From Candidatus Geohabitans tengchongensis (GTDB taxonomy: Bacteria; Sysuimicrobiota; Sysuimicrobiia; Sysuimicrobiales; Humicultoraceae), in assembly GCA_031459625.1 (NCBI GenBank), contig JAVKIH010000006.1:30972-94971 (forward strand): a stretch of DNA of 64,000 nt. Direction: 5' to 3'. The notes beneath the pieces are model-generated. The model was not told where the DNA came from. It worked only from the letters and a program-made list of their open reading frames with translations, and made no database searches. Position 1 is the first letter of the stretch. Every line of letters starts with the position of its first letter. Shown here piece after piece: positions 38,912 through 46,149 of the stretch. The translations under genes and the position numbers were made by a program.

Positions 38912-38965
38912 AGCCCGGCGGGTCCCCCTCGGACCCGCCGGGGGCCGGCGGGACGGGAGGGCACG

Positions 38966-39661
38966 GTGGAGGCACAGGGAGGGACAGTCCAGGTGGTGGC
39001 CTCGCTGATGTGCGCCGACCTGACGGCGCTGGGCGCGGCGGTCCGTGCCCTGGAGGCGGCGGGAGTGGACGGTTTCCACGTCGACATCATGGACGGCCTG
39101 TTCGTCCCCAACATCGTCCTCGGGCCGCCGGTGGTGGCGGCCCTGCGCCCCCTGACCACCCGGCCCTTCGAAGCCCACCTGATGGTCCGGGACCCGCGGC
39201 CGCTCCTGCCCGCCCTCGCCCGGGCGGGCTGCGCGCTCTGCCTGGTGCACGTGGAGTCACGCGGGAGGTTGCGCCGGACGGTCGAGGCCGTCCGGGCCGC
39301 CGGCATGGCAGCGGGCGTGGCCCTCAACCCGCAGACGCCGCCCGCCCTCGTCGAGCCGGTCCTGGACCTGGTGAGCCGCGTCCTGGTCATGACCGTCCGG
39401 CCGGGGTTCGCCGGCCGGCCCATGGTGCCCGGCGCGGCCCGGCGCGTGGCTGCGGTGGCGGCCCTCCTCCGCCGCACCGGGTCGGGGGCGTTGGTGGAGG
39501 TGGACGGGAACGTCAATCCCCGCACCGTCGGCCCGCTGGTGGCGGCGGGGGCGCGCGTGCTGGTGGGGGGATCGACGGGCCTCTTCCTGCCCGACCAGCC
39601 TCTGGCCGTTTCGCTGGTGCGCCTGCGCGCGGCCGCCGCCCGGGCGCTCGCCGGAGGATGA
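38966..39661 (+). CDS. Ribulose-phosphate 3-epimerase family (AlsE-like)
   Basis: ASLMCAD, HVDIMDG, AHLMV, ALNP, MTVRPGFAG, VDG; GGAGG RBS. Confidence 0.88.
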   Translation: MEAQGGTVQVVASLMCADLTALGAAVRALEAAGVDGFHVDIMDGLFVPNIVLGPPVVAALRPLTTRPFEAHLMVRDPRPLLPALARAGCALCLVHVESRGRLRRTVEAVRAAGMAAGVALNPQTPPALVEPVLDLVSRVLVMTVRPGFAGRPMVPGAARRVAAVAALLRRTGSGALVEVDGNVNPRTVGPLVAAGARVLVGGSTGLFLPDQPLAVSLVRLRAAAARALAGG

Positions 39662-39678
39662 GCGGCAGACTCCCGCCA

Positions 39679-40074
39679 TCAGAACGTGACGCCGGCGATG
39701 AGGATGATGTTCGCGTAGGGGGTCTGCTCGCCGGTGCGCACGACGGCGCGCACCGCCGGGAGCTGGGCCTTGAACGCCTCGTGCGGGACGAAGGTCAGCG
39801 GCACCGCACCGAGCAGGCGGCGCACCGCCTCCAGCACGTGCGGGCTGCGCGTACCCATCTCTTCGGCGACCACGGCGCCCTCCACCGCCAGCTCGTGGAG
39901 CACCGCCTCAAGGGTCTGCAGGAAGGAGGGGACGCCGGCCACCAGGGCCAGGTCGACGCGCGTCACCGACGGGGGAATGGGGAGCCCGCTGTCGGCGATG
40001 ACCAGGCGGTCGGTATGCCCCAGGCGGGCGATGACCGCCAGCAGCTCCGGGTGCAGGATGCCGCCTCGCTTCAC
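39679..40074 (-). CDS. rbsD: D-ribose pyranase
   Basis: LGHTD, DSGLPIP, HEAFK, VRTGEQTPYANIIL..GVTF. Confidence 0.93.
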   Translation of the reverse strand: MKRGGILHPELLAVIARLGHTDRLVIADSGLPIPPSVTRVDLALVAGVPSFLQTLEAVLHELAVEGAVVAEEMGTRSPHVLEAVRRLLGAVPLTFVPHEAFKAQLPAVRAVVRTGEQTPYANIILIAGVTF

Positions 40075-40754
40075 GTCCCTCCCACCCCCGCCTGGGCCCC
40101 CTCCGTCCGCGCACGGGCGACCGCCTCGACCAGCGCGTGCGCCCGTGCCGTGATCTCCGCCCAGGCGCCGCGGGCCACCAGCGCCCGGTCCACCAGCGCC
40201 CCGCCCACCGCCACCGCCACCGCGCCCGCCCGGATGTAGGCCGGAGCGGACTCCACGTCCACCCCCCCGGAGGGGACGAGGCGCAGGTCGGGCAGCGGGG
40301 CCAGCAGGTCGCGCAGGTAGGCCGGCCCGCCGATGCGGGCGGGGAAGACCTTCACCAGGTCCGCCCCCGCGCGCCAGGCGGCCAGCACCTCGGTGGGGGA
40401 GAAGGCGCCCATCATCACCGGCACGCCGCGCTCCTGCGCGACCTCCACCACCTCCCAGGAGAGGGTGGGGGTGACCAGGAAGGCCGCGCCCGCCGCCACC
40501 GCCTCCCGGGCCTGCTGGCCGTCGGTGACGGTGCCCATCCCCACCAGCGCGCGCCCTTCCAGGCGGGCGCGCGCCGGTTCCAGCAGGGTGAGGGCCTGCG
40601 GGGTGGTACAGGTGAACTCGATGCCCCGCACCCCGCCGGCGGCGATCGCCTCGGCCAGGGGAAGCGCCCGGTCGGGGGCGTCCAGCCGCAGCACGGCAAA
40701 CACACCACGCTCCAGCACATAGCCGAACGGGCTCAATTCCGCTCCCCCTCTCAT
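40071..40754 (-). CDS. eda: KDPG/KHG aldolase
   Basis: AVLR, IEFT, GMGTV, SPTE, VKVFPA, PSGGV. Confidence 0.88.
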   Translation of the reverse strand: MRGGAELSPFGYVLERGVFAVLRLDAPDRALPLAEAIAAGGVRGIEFTCTTPQALTLLEPARARLEGRALVGMGTVTDGQQAREAVAAGAAFLVTPTLSWEVVEVAQERGVPVMMGAFSPTEVLAAWRAGADLVKVFPARIGGPAYLRDLLAPLPDLRLVPSGGVDVESAPAYIRAGAVAVAVGGALVDRALVARGAWAEITARAHALVEAVARARTEGAQAGVGGT

Positions 40755-41704
40755 GGGGCCACTTCCTCCTCGCGCCGGTGCACGAAGGCCTCCACCGCCT
40801 CCCGGGTCGGGAGGGCCGCGATGGCTCCCAGTCCTTGCGTGGTCAGTGCGCCCACCGCGTTGGCAAATCTGGCCGCCTCCTCCAGGTTTCGACCCCGCAG
40901 CCGCTCCACCACGAAGGCGGCGTCGAAGGCGTCCCCGGCACCGGTGGCGTCCACCGGCGTCACCGGCCACCCGGGTGCGTCCACCACCTCGCCCGTCGCC
41001 GTGCGCACGAGACAGCCCAGCGGGCCGCGTTTCAGCACGACGAGGTCCGGTCCGCAGGTGAGCAGCTGCTCCATGACGGTCTCCGGGGGCGCCCCGGGGA
41101 AGAGGTACTCGGCATCCTCGCTGCTCAGGAAGGCGATGTGGGCCCGCCTCAGGGCGGCGTCGACGATGTCGCGCAGCTCCGCCACCGGGTGCAGCCGGGG
41201 CCGCACGTTCAGGTCGTAGGTGACGGTCACTCCCAAGGCCCGGGCACGGGCCATCGCCTCGTCTGCGGCGGCGCGGGCCCCCTCGGAGATCGCCTGCGTG
41301 ATGCCGCTCGTGTGGAAGCACCGCGCCTCCACCAGGTATGCGGGGTCGATATCCGCCGGGCGCAGGCGGCTGGCCGCCGATCCGGCCCGGTAGTAGGTGA
41401 AGGTGTGACGGCCGTCGCGGTCCAGCGCGATGAAGTAGATGCCGGTGGTCCCTCCCGGCTCGACGATCACCCCCCGGGTGTCGACGCCCTCCTGCCGCCA
41501 CAGGGCCTGGCAGGCGCGGCCGAACTCGTCGTCGCCCACACGCGTGATGTAGCCTGCCCGCGCTCCCAGGCGGGCCGCGGCCACCGCGAAGTTGGCGGTG
41601 TCCCCGCCAAAGCCCCGCAGGAAGGTGCGGACCTCTCCCAGCGCGCCCCGCTCCAGGGCGACGAACTCCACCAGCGGTTCACCCAGGGCGACCACGTCAG
41701 GCAC
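40751..41704 (-). CDS. kdgK: 2-keto-3-deoxygluconate kinase-like PfkB kinase
   Basis: LGEPLVEF, GGDTAN, YYRAGSAAS, SGIT, DLNVRPRL, DATGAGDAFD. Confidence 0.8.
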   Translation of the reverse strand: MPDVVALGEPLVEFVALERGALGEVRTFLRGFGGDTANFAVAAARLGARAGYITRVGDDEFGRACQALWRQEGVDTRGVIVEPGGTTGIYFIALDRDGRHTFTYYRAGSAASRLRPADIDPAYLVEARCFHTSGITQAISEGARAAADEAMARARALGVTVTYDLNVRPRLHPVAELRDIVDAALRRAHIAFLSSEDAEYLFPGAPPETVMEQLLTCGPDLVVLKRGPLGCLVRTATGEVVDAPGWPVTPVDATGAGDAFDAAFVVERLRGRNLEEAARFANAVGALTTQGLGAIAALPTREAVEAFVHRREEEVAP

Positions 41705-41705
41705 G

Positions 41706-42476
41706 TCACCGCGCTCCCTCTCGTCCCGCCGTCCACCCGAGCGCCCGGGAGATCGCCTGAGCTGCCTCGCGCACGCGCGGCCCCAGCTCGCGCCGCGCCC
41801 GCTCCAGCGTGATGCTCGTGGCCGCTCCCGACAGGCTCACCGCGCCGGCGACGCGGCCGCGGTGGTCGAGGACCGCCGCGCCCACGCAGCGGATCCCCTC
41901 CTCGTTCTCCACGTTGTCGATGGCGAAGCCGCGCGCGCGCACCTGGGCCAGCTCCTCCAGCAGGCGGGTCCGGTCGGTGATCGTGTTGGGTGTCCGGCGG
42001 GGCAGGCCGTGGCGGGCGATCACCGCCTCGACCACGTCCGGGGGCTGGAGGGCGAGCATGGCCTTCCCCAGCGCCGTGGAGTGGGCCGGCATGATCTTCC
42101 CCACGGCCGAGGCCATGCGCAGCGGGCCGGGCGACTCCAGCTTGTCGATGTAGACGACCTGGCCCTGCTCCAGCACCGCCAGGTGGACCGTCTCGCCGGT
42201 GGCGTCCCGCAACGCCTCCAGCACGGGGCGGCCCACCGCGCGCAGCTCGATCTGCTCCAGGCGCTGGGCGGCCAGCGAGAGGATTCGCGGGCCCAGCGTG
42301 AAGCCGCCGTCTGCGGAGACGGCGAACCCGTGCCGGGTGAGCGTCTCCAGGAGGCGGTAGACGGTGGGCCGGGGCAGGCCCACCTGCGCGCTGAGCTCGC
42401 GCACCTGCACCGGGCCGCCCGCCCGGGCCAGGGCCTCGAGCAGGGTGATCACGCGTTCGACCGACTGGACCGGCAT
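41706..42476 (-). CDS. IclR-family transcriptional regulator
   Basis: VQSVER, LPRPTVYRLL, TGETVHL, HSTALGKA, TPNTIT, ENEEGIRCVG. Confidence 0.94.
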   Translation of the reverse strand: MPVQSVERVITLLEALARAGGPVQVRELSAQVGLPRPTVYRLLETLTRHGFAVSADGGFTLGPRILSLAAQRLEQIELRAVGRPVLEALRDATGETVHLAVLEQGQVVYIDKLESPGPLRMASAVGKIMPAHSTALGKAMLALQPPDVVEAVIARHGLPRRTPNTITDRTRLLEELAQVRARGFAIDNVENEEGIRCVGAAVLDHRGRVAGAVSLSGAATSITLERARRELGPRVREAAQAISRALGWTAGREGAR

Positions 42477-42574
42477 CGCCTCCTCACCTCGTCCGCCGTC
42501 GAGCTGCCGCCGCGACCGTGCACCTCACCCCGCGCGACGGGCGCCGCGCGGGCTCCACCCGCGCCCGCCCGGCC

Positions 42575-43342
42575 TCATTCCAGGCTCAGCCCCCCGTCCA
42601 CCAGCAGCGTCTGCCCCGTGACGAAATCGCCGCCCCGCACCAGGCCCAGGATGGCGGCGGCCACGTCCTCGGGGGTGGCGATGCGCCGCAGCGGGTAGCG
42701 GGCGGCAGCGCGCTCGACGGTCTCCGCATACGCCTCCCCAAAGTGGTCGCGCATCCACCCGGTGTCGGTGAAGGCCGGGGCCACAGCGTTCACGCGCACG
42801 CGCGGGGCCAGCGCCACCGCCAGCAGTCGGGTGAGGTGGACGAGCCCCGCCTTGGCCACGCCATAGGGGATGGAGGACATCGTGGCCGGGGCGAGCACGC
42901 CGGAGACCGAGGCGACGTTCACCACCACTCCGCCGGCCTCGGCCAGCAGCGGCGCCGCCGCCCGCGTGCAGCGGAAGGCGCCCAGCAGGTTGACGTCCAG
43001 GATCTCCTGCCAGACCTCGTCGGTGAGCGCTTCCAGGTCGGGGAGCGGGATCCAGCGCGTCGTGCCGGCGTTGTTCACCAGGACGTCGAGGCGGCCGAAG
43101 CGCCGCTCCACCTGGGCCACCATCGCCCGCACCGCGCCGTCATCCCGCACGTCCGCCTGCACCGCCAGCGCCTCCGCCCCGCGGGCGCGTACGGCCTCCA
43201 CGGCCTCCGCCGCCGCGGATGCGGCCGACCGGTAGGTCACCACGACCCCTGCCGCCCCGGCGGCCGCCAGCGCCAGCGCCGTGGCGCGTCCGATGCCCGT
43301 GGCCGCGCCGGTGACCAGGGCCACCCGTCCCTCAAGCTCCAC
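42575..43342 (-). CDS. Short-chain dehydrogenase/reductase
   Basis: TGAATGIG, NNAG, YGVAK, RVNAVAP; GTG start after AAGGAGGG. Confidence 0.9.
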   Translation of the reverse strand: MELEGRVALVTGAATGIGRATALALAAAGAAGVVVTYRSAASAAAEAVEAVRARGAEALAVQADVRDDGAVRAMVAQVERRFGRLDVLVNNAGTTRWIPLPDLEALTDEVWQEILDVNLLGAFRCTRAAAPLLAEAGGVVVNVASVSGVLAPATMSSIPYGVAKAGLVHLTRLLAVALAPRVRVNAVAPAFTDTGWMRDHFGEAYAETVERAAARYPLRRIATPEDVAAAILGLVRGGDFVTGQTLLVDGGLSLE

Positions 43343-43454
43343 CGCTGCCCTCCTTAGTAGGGGGTCCGCCCGCTGCCGGTGCGGCCTCCACATCCAGCCT
43401 GGGCGGTGACGGCGCGGGGACGCCAGTCTCCGCAACCAGGCGGGTGAGCGTTGC

Positions 43455-43475
43455 TTTGTCCGCAGTGTGGACAGA
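43455..43475. promoter_or_regulatory. IclR-type operator palindrome TTTGTCCGCAGTGTGGACAGA
   Basis: TGTCC-N7-GGACA inverted repeat upstream of the SDR-iclR operon; resembles PobR/PcaR-type IclR boxes. Confidence 0.6.
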
Positions 43476-43574
43476 TCTCGTCATTTATGAGAATTAGCCG
43501 GAAGCGAGGCGGGTTCCTCTTTCCGGACCCGGTGGCTTCACCTGGGGCGCGCGCCCCGGGCGAAGACCGGGGAG

Positions 43575-44111
43575 CTACGCGAGCGGCCTCCCGTAGGTCT
43601 CGGCGAAGGCGATCTCGTGGAGCGGCAGGCGGTCCACGCGCCGCAGGATCGCCTCGGGGTCGCGCCCCGCGCGCGGGCGGGGCTGGCCCGGTGCCGGGAA
43701 GCCCATGGAGATGACGGTGGGGACGGTCAGGCCTTCGGGGACCTCCAGGAGACGCTGCACGCCCTCCGCGTCGGTGGGCGTGTTGGGACAGGTCCCCACA
43801 CCCAGTGCCCAGGCGGCCACCATGAGGTTCTGCGCGGCGCGGCCCGCGTCGAAGAGCGCCCGCGGCTGGGTGAGCGTCAGGGCCACGCCGGCCGCCGCGC
43901 CGGCCAGGTTCTCCGGCCGGCTGAGCAGCGTGGCCAGCCGGGCCAGGCGCTCCCGGTCGCGCACGACGACGAAGCGCCACGGTTGTCGGTTGCGGCTGCT
44001 GCCGCTGGCCCGACCGGCCTCCAGGATGCGCCGCAGCAGGTCGTCCGGCAGCGGGCGGGGCGCGTAGCGTCGCACCTCGCGCTTGCTCACCACCGCCAGG
44101 TAGGCGTCCAT
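43575..44111 (-). CDS. Nitroreductase-family protein
   Basis: KREVRRY, SGSSRNRQPWRFVVV, DAGRAAQNLMVAAWALGVGTC. Confidence 0.9.
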   Translation of the reverse strand: MDAYLAVVSKREVRRYAPRPLPDDLLRRILEAGRASGSSRNRQPWRFVVVRDRERLARLATLLSRPENLAGAAAGVALTLTQPRALFDAGRAAQNLMVAAWALGVGTCPNTPTDAEGVQRLLEVPEGLTVPTVISMGFPAPGQPRPRAGRDPEAILRRVDRLPLHEIAFAETYGRPLA

Positions 44112-44163
44112 GCAACATCCCTCCCCTGTGGTGGTCCTACGGGCCTCATCGCTTCCCCTCCTC

Positions 44164-44466
44164 ATGAACGGGGGAAGGGAAGGCGCGAGCGCCCACCGGG
44201 TGGCCTACGCGGCGCTCAAGCACGAGTGCGAGAAGCGCGGGGACCGCTGGGTGAAGAAGGCACGGCGCGGGCCGTCCGACCCCCAGGCCGCCCACGGGCC
44301 GACCACCCGCCCCCGCTCCACCGACCGACCGCGTGCACCCACGGCCGGAGGCAAGGTGGCCCGGACTCCGTCTGAGGCCCGCCGCAAGGCGCGCCAGGCC
44401 CGGCGAGAGTCCGCCCGGACCCGACATGCCCGTCCCCGGTCCTCCGGCCGGCGGCAGCGGACGTAA
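44164..44466 (+). pseudogene. ChaB-family fragment (N-terminal helix apparently missing)
   Basis: EGASAHRVAYAALKHECEKRGDRWVKK...GPSD matches the ChaB C-terminal half. Confidence 0.5.
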
Positions 44467-44534
44467 CACCGCGGAGGCGTGCCGCGCCCGGCACGCCTCC
44501 GCAGCGGTCCGGCCTCCTGCCCGTCAGGCCCCGA

Positions 44535-45071
44535 TCAGGGGCTCGGGCTCGGGCTGGGGCCAGGCGAGCGCAGGCCCGGCACGGGCTGAGGTGCTGCCTT
44601 GGCCAACCCCTCGCGCAACCGGGCAGCCCAGAGGTCGGCCAGCGCCTGCTGGCTCATCCCGTTCAGGCGGGCGTGGTTGGCGTCCACGGTGATGATCAGC
44701 ACCTCGCCGGCGAAGATGGCGGGCTGACCGGCGACCCGCCGGACCGTCACCGGCGGGGCCGTGCCTCGGGTGCGGCTGAGCGCCTCCACGATGCGCCGCC
44801 GCACCTGCACCAGCCGCTCCTGTACCGACATCCCGCCGGCCTCAGCGCGGATCCGCAGCACGATGACGCCCCCGACCACGACGTCCCCGGTCTCGCCCGG
44901 CACGGTGCCCGGCGGGGAGGCCGGGGCCGGGGACGGTGTCATGGCAGGGGTGGGGCTCGGCGCCGGTGTCGCCGGTGCCGCCGCAGCCACGCTCAGCCCC
45001 GCGCCGCTCACCAGCTCCAGCCCGCTCACCAGCCCCAGAAGACAGCACAGCACGGATGTGCGCATCCTCAT
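44535..45071 (-). CDS. Secreted hypothetical protein with Pro-rich linker
   Basis: Signal peptide, PAPSPTP linker, globular domain VLRIR...ER...LIITVD...LADLWAARL; GGAGG RBS. Confidence 0.65.
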   Translation of the reverse strand: MRMRTSVLCCLLGLVSGLELVSGAGLSVAAAAPATPAPSPTPAMTPSPAPASPPGTVPGETGDVVVGGVIVLRIRAEAGGMSVQERLVQVRRRIVEALSRTRGTAPPVTVRRVAGQPAIFAGEVLIITVDANHARLNGMSQQALADLWAARLREGLAKAAPQPVPGLRSPGPSPSPSP

Positions 45072-45115
45072 CGATGCCCTCCAGACCAGCGCATGGATGT
45101 CCCTGGGGTGGAGGT

Positions 45116-45140
45116 TTACCCGATGTGGCAACTTTCAAAC
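45116..45140 (-). promoter_or_regulatory. SigB/SigF-type promoter GTTTGA-N13-GGGTAA
   Basis: Near-consensus general-stress sigma elements 45 nt upstream of ATG 45071, in an AT-rich patch. Confidence 0.55.
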
Positions 45141-45231
45141 ATTGAAGGCTCCAGGGCGCGGGCGGCTCCGGAACGGCGCGGGGACGGTCAGTCCGCCGCC
45201 CTCGTTGCCCCACCCCGGTCAGGGCAGCGGC

Positions 45232-45291
45232 TCAGAGCAACCACCAGAGCAGCAGGATGAGCAGGATCAGGCCTACGGGGATGTAGATCAT
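45232..45291 (-). CDS. 19-aa single-TM microprotein MIYIPVGLILLILLLWWLL
   Basis: GGAAGGAGG RBS, ATG, high-GC3 codons, hydrophobic helix. Confidence 0.65.
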   Translation of the reverse strand: MIYIPVGLILLILLLWWLL

Positions 45292-45314
45292 CGTCGCCTC
45301 CTTCCGGCGCGCGC

Positions 45315-45377
45315 TCAGCGAAAGATCAGCCACAGGATGAGGATCAGGAGGATCAGGGAGCCGATGCCGATGTACAT
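45315..45377 (-). CDS. 20-aa single-TM microprotein MYIGIGSLILLILILWLIFR
   Basis: GGAGAGG RBS, ATG, high-GC3 codons; similar to the adjacent 19-aa ORF. Confidence 0.65.
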   Translation of the reverse strand: MYIGIGSLILLILILWLIFR

Positions 45378-45501
45378 GACGCCGCCCCTCTCCAGGGTGG
45401 GATTGGAAGGATTGTTCCACCCGCACGGGCGGATGAAACCCGGCACCGCCACGGAGGGACCGCGACAGTGCGGGGCACCTGACCCCTGGAACGCGGCCGC
45501 G

Positions 45502-45939
45502 TCAGCGCACCTCGAACATCACTGTGTCCGAGACCCAGGGAGCGTAGGGGACGTGGTCGCCGTGCGCCCAGACGAGGATGAGCGTGTGCAGGCCCGGGGA
45601 GAGGTTCGGCGTGACGAACGCCGTCTCGGCCGTATGCCAGATGCCGTCCACCCCTTTGGGGATCGGCCGGCCGGCGTGCTCCGGCACCTTGTCCAGGTAG
45701 AGGTGGAAGTGCCCGGTGGCCGCATCGTGCGTCTCGTCGGCCGGGACCAGGCGGGCGCCCGTGACCCGCATGACCACCCGCACCGGTCCGCGCCGCAGGA
45801 TCGCCCCCTCGGCCGGGGCGAGCAGCCGCACGGTGGGCCGTCGCAGCGGTTGGGCGTCCGTTCGCGGACCGGGGCGTCCGGCCGCCAGCACGAGGAGCAT
45901 GCCGACCAGGAGTGTGGCTGTCCGTCCAGCGGTGCGCAC
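45502..45939 (-). CDS. DUF4399-like secreted protein
   Basis: Signal peptide; PAEGA, TGHFHLYLD, IPK..GIWH, LSPGLHTL, GDHVPY. Confidence 0.7.
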   Translation of the reverse strand: MRTAGRTATLLVGMLLVLAAGRPGPRTDAQPLRRPTVRLLAPAEGAILRRGPVRVVMRVTGARLVPADETHDAATGHFHLYLDKVPEHAGRPIPKGVDGIWHTAETAFVTPNLSPGLHTLILVWAHGDHVPYAPWVSDTVMFEVR

Positions 45940-46149
45940 CGTCCTCACCTCCCGTCGGGTCGCGGGGCACGGGGCGAGCGCTGCGCACCGCCGCCGCGTC
46001 TGCTGACGTAGGCCCTGTGGTCCCCAGGTTCTGCGGGCCGGCGGCGCGTTCCCCCTCCGTCGCCTCCAGTAGACCTTGAAGAGGAAGAAACATCCGCCGA
46101 GACCAGGAGCAGGGGGGATCGGGGACGAATGCCCCGGCGGGGCCTCCCC

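Noticed and set aside
43451..43500. CPxCG zinc-ribbon micro-ORFs on both strands
   Set aside because: Both readings come from the same DNA palindrome, better explained as an IclR operator.
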